A stretch of 64,000 nucleotides of DNA, from the NCBI GenBank assembly GCA_024278455.1, contig JAJRTE010000118.1, forward strand, positions 33,521 through 97,520, in the 5' to 3' direction. The translations under genes were made by a program, and so were the position numbers. The notes beneath the pieces are model-generated. The model had not been told where the DNA came from. It did not search any database and was given only the letters and a program-made list of their open reading frames with translations. The stretch's first letter is position 1. Each line of letters begins with the position of its first letter. Shown piece by piece: positions 56,480 through 64,000 of this stretch. This stretch comes from Myxococcota bacterium. Its GTDB lineage: Bacteria > Myxococcota_A > UBA796 > JAJRTE01.

Positions 56480-59400
56480 CTACTCTCCTCTCGACCCGGT
56501 TCGGGTTCCCTGGGTCTTCGGCCCAAGTGGGTGCAGATAGCGAACGATGGCCACAAGAAGGAAGGGAAGCAGGGCGTGGACAATCGCCAGGCGGGGTAGG
56601 GCACTTCCCAAGAAAACGGGGCCTGGCTGGGCAAGGCAATCCACGAAAAGATGGTTCCCAAGAAAACCGTTCTCCGTGATCTGGCCGCGAACTCCTCCGG
56701 CAACGAGGAACCAGGCCCCCGTGCTCAGGAGCGTCAAGAGAAGAAAGAGAACCGCCACACCCCAGTCCCGACTTTCAAGGTGCCTTCGGTTCCCGGCCAG
56801 GCGAACCATGAGGGAGACAAGGCCCAGGGCATGGCCACCGACAAGGACAAGGCGTGAGTCGATCTGGTCGAGAAGTCCGAGAATGGGGAAGCTCGGGTCG
56901 AATCGCAAGTACGACACCATGGTTGCCAATCCGCCCGCAAGGACCCACGTTGAGAGTTCCCAGGCAAAAACCATGTCCCACAGCGAGGCCTCCTTGCCGG
57001 CGCCGAGTTTTCTCCAACTCCAAACCAGCAGGCATACCCAGACGATGACACTCGCAAGCTCGACTCCGAATGCCCCGCACCAGCCCATGGCGGTCCTTTC
57101 GGGACCGCAGCGATTCGCGGGAGTGATCCGAGTGGATGAGTCACCGAACCACAGTGCTCCCTGGGTGTCTCGCGCGATGAAGACAGCCTCGGGCGACAGG
57201 CCGTGCTGTGGGCCGAACGGTCCTACCACCCCGTCCTGGGGCGTGATGGCGTAGGTCAACCGAAGGTCCTGGTCGCCGCCTCCACCGGTGGCGCCCCCCT
57301 TTCTACGCTTCGATACGAGTGCCCAGATGTTGCCCCGGCTGTCCTGGCCGAGCGCGCAGATGTTCGTCTCGACGGCGTTGCTCGAAGAGACGTTGTCGTT
57401 GCCAGCAGGAAGGAGAGGGGGCGCGGCACGCAGCCGCTTCGTCCATGCCTCGACTGGCTGGAAGCTGTGCGACCCGGTGTCGCCGATTCTCCCACGGAAG
57501 AGCTTGTCGCCTTGCCCCCATGCCCACAGCCGGTTGGTGTGGTCCAGGAAGATGTGTTCGATGTCGATGTCGTTCCGCTGCCCGTCCGCCGCCGGTCCCT
57601 CTCCGGTGCTGCAGGGCCTCAGATGTACGGTGACCGCAGGACTCTTTCGAGCGTCGCCCGCCGCGGTCGAGGCGCCAGCGGTGTTTTGGTAGGTGACATC
57701 GAAACAGCTCAAACCGTCCCTGACGACCCAAAGCCTTGCTGACTGTTGGTCCTGGACTTCCACGGCAATGCTCTTGACCTTCGCATTGGCCCTCCTGGCG
57801 TCGGTTTTCCGAACCCGGGGCATATCGACGGTTTGCAGGTAGGCTGCACGCTGGGTTCGGTATCTCGTCCAGTCCGGTGGGCCGGTGTAGATCCCTCGAC
57901 TGGTGGCCACCCAGAGCACACCGTTCTCGTCCACCAGCATTTTCGCTATCTCTCTCTGTGCCGCGACATCCACGATGAGGCCTGACCGGCGCTTCTGACC
58001 GGGCTTCTGGAACAGGACGGGTTCGGGAGAGTCGGAGGGACAACGCGGGCCCTCTCCGAGCGCGACTCTCGAGGCCCCCACGTTCCACCGATAGAGGCGG
58101 TCAGCGTAGGCGATGTACAACCACTTTCCGACCATGGCCAGGGCGCGAACAGACTGCGGGCTCATGAGCGTTCTGCATGCCCTGGTGCTCGCGCCCGTGC
58201 CGCTCTTGGTTTCCTCGCTCGTCGTTTTCAAGACACCACGTGCTGGATAGGTCGAGCAGGCCCAAAAGGGAGCAAGTGTGTGGCCCTGCACGAGGGCGTG
58301 TACGCCGCCGGAAGAATCACCAACCCAGAATCGTCCGGCCCGGTCTGGTGAGGCGGCGGTGATGTGGGCGTCCCGGGGTCCGAGCGATCCTTCCCCCGGT
58401 GGCACTCTGCGCTTACAGGTTACGCCGGGGTCCCGCTTCTCGCTCAAGTTGTGGGTACACTCGTATCTCCCTGCGTCGGTTACGACGAGCACGGGGTCAC
58501 CCACATCGCCGTCAAGGGCGCGGATCGCGTTGATATGCAGGTGCGTACCTCCGGAAACCGGCTGGAGCGTCGCGGCGCCCACGGTTACTGTCTTCTTCTT
58601 GTCCAGAATCGGCGGATCGTCCTTCCCTGCTTTTTTCCTCGGGAGCCACGACAGGCCGCGGTCATGGCCTACCCAGACGCCGTCGCGTAGTGGCAGGATG
58701 GCGTGGATCGTGGAGAGGTTCGTGATTTGCTCGAGATCGAGACGCCTGCATGCCTGTTGGTCCGTTTCCGGCTCAGGCGCTCCGGGGAGACCCCCTGTGG
58801 CGGCCGCACGGCGGCAGGCGATCAACGCGGTTCCCCCTCGGCCCCACACCCAGCCCGGTTGGAAAGGATCGGCGACCGTGCTGGAGAGTTCCAGGCCGGT
58901 CGGCACTTGAAGGGGATGGCTCCATCGATCGCATGGTGGCCCGGCGTCAGGCGCGTCCCACTCCGGGAGAGAGCGTTCGAATACCGTGTAGCGCATGTCC
59001 AGACTTTCCAGCACCCACAGTTGCTGAAAGGTGCCCAGGTCCAGTATCGCAATATCGTCTGCCGATACGCTGTCGAGCCCGCGGGCCGCGGTTTCACGAA
59101 GGACGGTACCGAGCTTCTGGTCGACCTCCTGAACAGCCAACACACGGCCGTCCGGCAGCACCTCCCAGGCACAACGCGCGGGATAGATCGGATCCGCGAT
59201 GACCCGATAGCTCCGTTGGCGCACCCGGCGCTCTTCGACCTGTTGTAGGGATGGACGCGTTGCCGGTCGTGTGCACAACAGGGTCCCCGGACCGTCATAT
59301 CGGCACACCCCCCGGGCTGTCAGAATCCAGAGGACTCCCTCACGACCGTCCAGGGATATGACCGTGTCATCGGGCAAGCCGTCGAGGTAGCTCAGTCTGG

Positions 59401-60067
59401 ACCCGGCTTGCTCGAAAGGATCATTCAGGATGGTGACACCACCTCGTCCCCCGATAGCCCAGTAGTGGCCAAAGGGTTGGATAGCACTGACACTGACAGG
59501 CGCCGTCATGGCATCACGAGTGAGATAGTCCGACCTCCTGATGAAGAACGGCATCGGAACATCATGATGACATGCTGACTTTGTGCCGCGGTAGACGTCC
59601 ATGCGAGCACTGGCGGTAGGAGCGGCACGGTTTGCCAACGTCAACGGCCAGTCGAAGGTCGTTCCACAGGGTGGCTGGAAAGGGATCTTCCAGTTCTTGC
59701 TAGGATCCATTCCTCCCGGTTGGAGAAGCAGCCAGTGGGTGCTTGCGCGTGGAGACCACTGCGAACAGCGCAGCCTGACGCCCAGTGTGTGTCGGGTGGG
59801 CTCACGGGGTACCTGGACGAGGTCGAGTGTACCATCGCAGGTCACCTCGGAAGCCGGCGGGTCCTTGCCGACGTTCGCGACGACGGCCGTGGCCTGAGGT
59901 GCCAGGACCCAGGGCAGAAGAGCAATGAGCACATACGTGATGGGTCTGACGGCACGGGCGGCTGAGGAAGGCAGCAGGAGAAGTCGTTGCACGCGCACCA
60001 CCTCTTCAGGGAAGAGCCGTCCGGTTGCCCAGCAACGGCCGTGGGAGCCGTACCTCCTCGCTGCCAT
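56480..60067 (-). CDS. Large Reg_prop-like beta-propeller repeat protein with a signal peptide and a C-terminal polytopic membrane domain (module 2)
   Basis: Signal peptide (VRPITYVLIALLPWVLAPQATA). Reg_prop-like repeats (VLWILTARGVCRYD, RFWVGDSSGGVHAL, VLWVATSRGIYTGP, RLWVVRDGLSCFDV). About 200 aa C-terminal region with 5-6 TM helices. Paralogue of 41274..43487 (FDWPLTLANR / VPMPFFIRRSDYL). Confidence 0.7.
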   Translation of the reverse strand: MAARRYGSHGRCWATGRLFPEEVVRVQRLLLLPSSAARAVRPITYVLIALLPWVLAPQATAVVANVGKDPPASEVTCDGTLDLVQVPREPTRHTLGVRLRCSQWSPRASTHWLLLQPGGMDPSKNWKIPFQPPCGTTFDWPLTLANRAAPTASARMDVYRGTKSACHHDVPMPFFIRRSDYLTRDAMTAPVSVSAIQPFGHYWAIGGRGGVTILNDPFEQAGSRLSYLDGLPDDTVISLDGREGVLWILTARGVCRYDGPGTLLCTRPATRPSLQQVEERRVRQRSYRVIADPIYPARCAWEVLPDGRVLAVQEVDQKLGTVLRETAARGLDSVSADDIAILDLGTFQQLWVLESLDMRYTVFERSLPEWDAPDAGPPCDRWSHPLQVPTGLELSSTVADPFQPGWVWGRGGTALIACRRAAATGGLPGAPEPETDQQACRRLDLEQITNLSTIHAILPLRDGVWVGHDRGLSWLPRKKAGKDDPPILDKKKTVTVGAATLQPVSGGTHLHINAIRALDGDVGDPVLVVTDAGRYECTHNLSEKRDPGVTCKRRVPPGEGSLGPRDAHITAASPDRAGRFWVGDSSGGVHALVQGHTLAPFWACSTYPARGVLKTTSEETKSGTGASTRACRTLMSPQSVRALAMVGKWLYIAYADRLYRWNVGASRVALGEGPRCPSDSPEPVLFQKPGQKRRSGLIVDVAAQREIAKMLVDENGVLWVATSRGIYTGPPDWTRYRTQRAAYLQTVDMPRVRKTDARRANAKVKSIAVEVQDQQSARLWVVRDGLSCFDVTYQNTAGASTAAGDARKSPAVTVHLRPCSTGEGPAADGQRNDIDIEHIFLDHTNRLWAWGQGDKLFRGRIGDTGSHSFQPVEAWTKRLRAAPPLLPAGNDNVSSSNAVETNICALGQDSRGNIWALVSKRRKGGATGGGGDQDLRLTYAITPQDGVVGPFGPQHGLSPEAVFIARDTQGALWFGDSSTRITPANRCGPERTAMGWCGAFGVELASVIVWVCLLVWSWRKLGAGKEASLWDMVFAWELSTWVLAGGLATMVSYLRFDPSFPILGLLDQIDSRLVLVGGHALGLVSLMVRLAGNRRHLESRDWGVAVLFLLLTLLSTGAWFLVAGGVRGQITENGFLGNHLFVDCLAQPGPVFLGSALPRLAIVHALLPFLLVAIVRYLHPLGPKTQGTRTGSRGE
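57115..57392. repeat. Copy 2 of the roughly 279-bp near-identical direct repeat (within the module-2 beta-propeller gene)
   Basis: See copy 1 at 55028-55306. Confidence 0.85.
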
Positions 60068-60418
60068 GGTGGCTAGCGACGACGCAGGTTCTTGGGCGGC
60101 GTTTCTGGTGTCGGTGGTGGGGTGGGCGTCGGCGTGACCATGGGATCGTTCACGGGCGGCCCCACGTGGGTCCCCGGCAGCAATCCTTGTGTCAACTGCC
60201 ATTTGAACAATTCCGCGAGCTGTTCCGCCCATGACCTGGGCGCCACCCTTTCCTCCGCTGCCGCCGCTCCCCCCCCTGGCAGTTCGAGCTTGATGGAAAA
60301 CGCCAGAATGAAGAGGCCAACAATCAAGTAGATGCGTTTCTTTGTCCACTGTATCATTGCCACACCCTTGAACAACCCGGAGCTGTATTCGAAAAGGAAA
60401 TGCGCCCGTGGCGCACCA

Positions 60419-61867
60419 TCATCGGACAGATTCGTTCTTGCCAATGCTGTCAAGATGTCGGTTTGCTGTCTGGCAAGGCTGCTGTTGCCAAATCAGCAAT
60501 TCCTCACGGTAGAGTTTCAGAAGAGGAACGTTGTCGTGGGCAGGCCGATAGGTGTCCAGCGCGGCGTCGACCACGGAAGCAAACCTTTCACAGTCTGCAT
60601 GATCGAGATAGAACCTGGCGAGTTCTCTTGCAGCCATGAACGCGAGTTCGTCGTCGTCGTTTCTGGTCAGGTCCTCCAGGGTGGCCTGAACAGATGCTGG
60701 GTGCAGGCCCACGAGCCGGTCATAAGTCGCTGCCGTCAACTCCGCGTAGCGAAGATGGGCCTGCGCAAACGACTTATCACGAAAACGCTCCGCGTCATCT
60801 CGGACCGCATGGACCAATGTCGCACCGCCGGACCGCAGGGCGTTCGCCCTGACGTTTCCCGCCTTGGAAAGGTGCGCGCCATCACGTTCAAGGAGATCTT
60901 CAAGCTCAAGAACCCGGGCTAACATCGTGTCTTGAGTGGCCAGCCATTGCCACCACGCGAACGACTTCCGATCCCACTCTTCCGGCTTGCCGAACTCGGC
61001 AACCTGTTTCCAGAGGTCGCTGCTCGCTTCGAGGTCGTCGATGGCTTCGTCGAATGCCAGCCGATCGATGGCATTGCTGCCCAACATCCAGTAGGAGTAG
61101 GCCTGCCTCGGAACATCTCCAAGGTCTCGATAGGTCTCCAGGCACTTTTCCCTCGCTTCACGCACAGTTTCCACATCTCCATGGGTCTGGCGACGAATGT
61201 TCCCGAGGTCTGCTTCGATAGAGCATTCGACCCTTGGGTCCAGGCCAATGGTCGTGGAGAAAAGCTGAAGAGCTTCCCGATACCTCGAGGCTGCGACGTC
61301 GAGACGCCCCCTTCTCTTTTCCAGGGTTGCCATGGCTTGCAGAACAAGACACTCCTCCTGCGCCAACTCGTGGGCTCGGCTCAGGTCCAGCGCCTGGTTC
61401 AACAGGGCATCGGCCTCGGCAAATGCTGCCACAGCGGCATCTGCGTCTCCGTCCTTCCGGAGAGCATCGCCGTAACTGCCCTTCAAGTCACCAAGCAACC
61501 TGAGGCTGAGCGATGCGGTTGCGTAGTCTCCGGCCTCGAGTGATTGGCGCAACGCCTGATGGTAGAGCTGTTCGGCTTTGGCGTCGTCCTCGGCCTCGAC
61601 CGCGGCTCCCTCTCGGAGAGATGCCATGGCCAGTTCGCGCAGCGAGGGCGGTGGATCGGCATCCGCCCGTTTGAAAGCCTCCCAGGCAAGACTCGACGAG
61701 CTGGAACCTCCGGATGCGGAAAACAGGGGCGCAAGGCCCACGACAAACAAGATCATGATCCCGGCTGGTATGGCCAACGCCCATTTCGATGTTCGTGAGT
61801 CGTTTTCGCTGTCGTTGACAGGCGCATTGGGAGTACCCAACGCTTCCGACGCATTGGCCATCGTCAT
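60419..61867 (-). CDS. Membrane-anchored TPR-like repeat protein (module 2), paralogue of 39238..40665
   Basis: N-terminal TM anchor (WALAIPAGIMILFVVGLAPLF). Shared blocks LAFDEAIDDLE, ELAFMAARELARFYLD, NVPLLKLYREELLIWQ. Confidence 0.7.
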   Translation of the reverse strand: MTMANASEALGTPNAPVNDSENDSRTSKWALAIPAGIMILFVVGLAPLFSASGGSSSSSLAWEAFKRADADPPPSLRELAMASLREGAAVEAEDDAKAEQLYHQALRQSLEAGDYATASLSLRLLGDLKGSYGDALRKDGDADAAVAAFAEADALLNQALDLSRAHELAQEECLVLQAMATLEKRRGRLDVAASRYREALQLFSTTIGLDPRVECSIEADLGNIRRQTHGDVETVREAREKCLETYRDLGDVPRQAYSYWMLGSNAIDRLAFDEAIDDLEASSDLWKQVAEFGKPEEWDRKSFAWWQWLATQDTMLARVLELEDLLERDGAHLSKAGNVRANALRSGGATLVHAVRDDAERFRDKSFAQAHLRYAELTAATYDRLVGLHPASVQATLEDLTRNDDDELAFMAARELARFYLDHADCERFASVVDAALDTYRPAHDNVPLLKLYREELLIWQQQPCQTANRHLDSIGKNESVR

Positions 61868-61950
61868 TCCTCCCGGGCTGAGAACACGGAGCGAGAGAGC
61901 ACGTTGATCCAGTGGCGGGCGCGCCCCCTACCTCATGCATACGGCACGCC

Positions 61951-62063
61951 TCCTGGTGGCGTGCCCCTGTCGTCTCTCTCGCTACTTCCAATCGGCGAAA
62001 CGGCGGCTATACTGAAGAAAAAAAGCCTGGTGACGTGCCCCCGCTTCCTCTCTCGCTACTTCG
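61951..62063 (+). repeat. Two degenerate roughly 39-bp direct repeats separated by a roughly 35-bp spacer
   Basis: cctggtgGcgtgcccctgtcgtctctctcgctacttcc (61951-61989) and cctggtgAcgtgcccccgcttcctctctcgctacttcg (62025-62063), about 82% identical. They lie in the 5' region of the module-2 TPR gene. Confidence 0.4.
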
Positions 62064-62429
62064 GGACTGCGGCCATGAGATCCGAGCGCTAACTGCGCAG
62101 CAACAACGTTGACACCACCCCCTCCATTTTCCCCGAATCAGAGCAGGAGGCACAAGTGTTTTCTTAGAGAAATTTGTTGGCTGCCACCAAGATCCCTTAT
62201 GAGTCATAGAGTCACTCTATCACACAAGGCATCGAGCCACAAACAGCACTTTTGAGTCAGCTCAACCGCCTCTTCGTCGACGCGATGGCAACGAGTGTAT
62301 CAGTTGCCACGTAGACGTGTCAACAATCTTGTCCTTCTTTTTCACGAGTGATCCGACGCCATGCTTGACCGGGGAAAATGCTCGCCACGACTGCAAGATA
62401 GGTTTGGCGGCACTGCTGCCATGCCTCCC

Positions 62430-64000
62430 CTACTCGCCAGCTCGCACAACCTGCACGCGTGCCCCGGGGGACCCTCCGGCGACGGCGCTGTCGTACATCA
62501 TCTCGGCCATGGCGGGCGGCTGGTTGAAGCGTCCGGGCACGATGGCTCGGGCACGGAAACGAAAGTCGTAGGTCCCCTTGGGCAGAGTGTCGTAGTAGTA
62601 GGCGACCCGGTCGTCCAGCATGGCCACGTGGGTCGGGGCCAGGGTCGGCGGGCGGCTGGGAGTGGCCTCGGGCGGAGCAGTGGCCAGGGCCGGGTTGAGC
62701 GGATCGAGCCCGGCCGCCAGGGGCACCGTGATGGCTACTTGGTGGCGATCGGCGGGATTGACCACCTGCAAATGGTCCTCGATCACGTCCCCGGTGGCGA
62801 GTTCGAGGGTGATGCCCGGTTCGGAGATGGCATGCTTCACCGGGGGAGCGTCTCCAGGCTGCACGACGAGGAGTTCCCGCGTGACGACGAATCCCCGGGA
62901 GAATGGCTCGGCCAGTCCCACGTCTTCCCCGGGCAGCCAACTTTCGGCCAACCGGAGCACGATTTCCCCCTGGTCCGGGCCGGCGGCGAGACGGACGCGC
63001 CCAGGGCCTCGAGCCGTCGTGACCATCGTCGCGGCAGGCTGCTCCCCGGACACCTCGAGCACCCTGTTGTCATCTCCGGCGCGGATGTCGATCCTGGCCT
63101 CCGGGCCGGGTGGCAAGGGAGGCTGCAGCCGCTGAGCGAGGGCGGCCATGGCCGCTGCGTTGGCGTTGGTCGTGCCCCATCCTCCGTCCTTCCCGAGGGT
63201 GACCAGGGCGTCGATCAGGGGCGGAAGCCGCGGCTCGTCCGGCTGGTACCTCTCGATTGCGCGGATCGTCAGCGCCAGCGTGCGGGCCTCGGAAGGGAGC
63301 ACCAGCGCGCTGCGCTTCTCGATGCTGTCCTGCAAGCCGCCGTAGACCGGTTTCCCTTCCCGTTGTTCGATGACCACCCCGTGCCACAGGTCGTCCGCCA
63401 GGGCCTGGGCCACAATCTCCTCGCCCCTTCCGCCCAGCGAGAACGCCAGGGCGACTCGAGCCTTGCCCTCCTGGTCGAGGTAGGCGGCTCTCCGCGCGAG
63501 TTCCGCGGCATAGCCCGGGTCGAAGTCGCCGGCTTGGGCCAGGGCGAGCAAGGCCATGGTCCGTTCCCCGTCCCGCTCGCCGTCGATGAGCCCTGCGGCG
63601 TCGGAGCGGAGCGCTCGACGCAATGCCCGCTTCAGGGTGTGGCGCAGGTCGCTATCGATCGTGTATCCCCGGTCGCTTGCGGCCTGGAGGAACTCGAGGG
63701 TCCAGGCGGTGAGGGACACGTAGCCGCGAGCGCCCGGCCAGTAGGCGACCAGGCCCCGGCCGTCCACTGCCCGGGGGAGCGCTTCGAGCGTTTCCTTCAC
63801 CGCGGCGTCCAGTTCGCTGGCCCGCTCCTCGAGGTGGAGGAGTTCCCGGAAGGCTCTTGTGCTCAGGATCGCCCGGGCCCGGCTGAGCTTCTGCTCGGTG
63901 CAGCCGTAAGGGTACTCGAGGAGGAAGTCCAGGCCATCCGCCAGGTCGACGAGGACCGGTTGGTTGGTCACGAAGAAGGCCCGCTTCACGCTCCCAGGGC
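62430..64000 (-). CDS. Alpha-2-macroglobulin family protein, C-terminal portion (the gene continues beyond the window end)
   Basis: Thioester motif YPYGCTEQ, followed by alpha-2-macroglobulin thioester-domain and receptor-binding-domain-like sequence. The frame is open to position 64000. Confidence 0.8.
   Translation of the reverse strand, partial: PGSVKRAFFVTNQPVLVDLADGLDFLLEYPYGCTEQKLSRARAILSTRAFRELLHLEERASELDAAVKETLEALPRAVDGRGLVAYWPGARGYVSLTAWTLEFLQAASDRGYTIDSDLRHTLKRALRRALRSDAAGLIDGERDGERTMALLALAQAGDFDPGYAAELARRAAYLDQEGKARVALAFSLGGRGEEIVAQALADDLWHGVVIEQREGKPVYGGLQDSIEKRSALVLPSEARTLALTIRAIERYQPDEPRLPPLIDALVTLGKDGGWGTTNANAAAMAALAQRLQPPLPPGPEARIDIRAGDDNRVLEVSGEQPAATMVTTARGPGRVRLAAGPDQGEIVLRLAESWLPGEDVGLAEPFSRGFVVTRELLVVQPGDAPPVKHAISEPGITLELATGDVIEDHLQVVNPADRHQVAITVPLAAGLDPLNPALATAPPEATPSRPPTLAPTHVAMLDDRVAYYYDTLPKGTYDFRFRARAIVPGRFNQPPAMAEMMYDSAVAGGSPGARVQVVRAGE

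Noticed and set aside
61951-62063. Calling the two 39-bp direct repeats a CRISPR array
   Set aside because: Only two copies, about 82% identical, with no adjacent cas genes or leader. Kept as a finding only as a possible relic or regulatory repeat.

Overview
High-GC (about 68-70%) bacterial chromosome segment. The codon usage and the mre/hsp20/TPR gene content suggest a myxobacterium or related deltaproteobacterium-like organism.

The window splits into two parts:

1. Positions 1-31 kb are mostly core genome: a class III nucleotidyl-cyclase protein, an outer-membrane beta-barrel protein, trxA, the mreC-mreD-mrdA-rodA cell-shape cluster (no mreB), ppiD, the tmk-holB-PSP1-tatD operon, two tandem hsp20 genes, lptD-like, and an accD-folC operon in which accD is fused to a beta-lactamase-family domain. 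An ldcA gene and a DHH-type phosphoesterase with no canonical start codon follow.

2. Positions 32-64 kb look accessory: an AAA_14 ATPase islet with an HNH fragment, an M4 metalloprotease broken by an in-frame TAG, and two paralogous inverted gene pairs (membrane-anchored TPR protein plus a large Reg_prop beta-propeller protein) flanking a roughly 13-kb island. The island holds two radical-SAM/SPASM enzymes, a B12-binding radical SAM, GT2, GT9, a DegT aminotransferase, a solitary Cmr6/Csm3-like RAMP next to an ATPase pseudogene fragment, and a PduS/PduT pair with no other microcompartment genes. It also contains a 99%-identical 279-bp segmental duplication. The window ends in a partial alpha-2-macroglobulin gene.

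No rRNA, tRNA or bona fide CRISPR array was found. Many long antisense ORFs are GC-frame artefacts.
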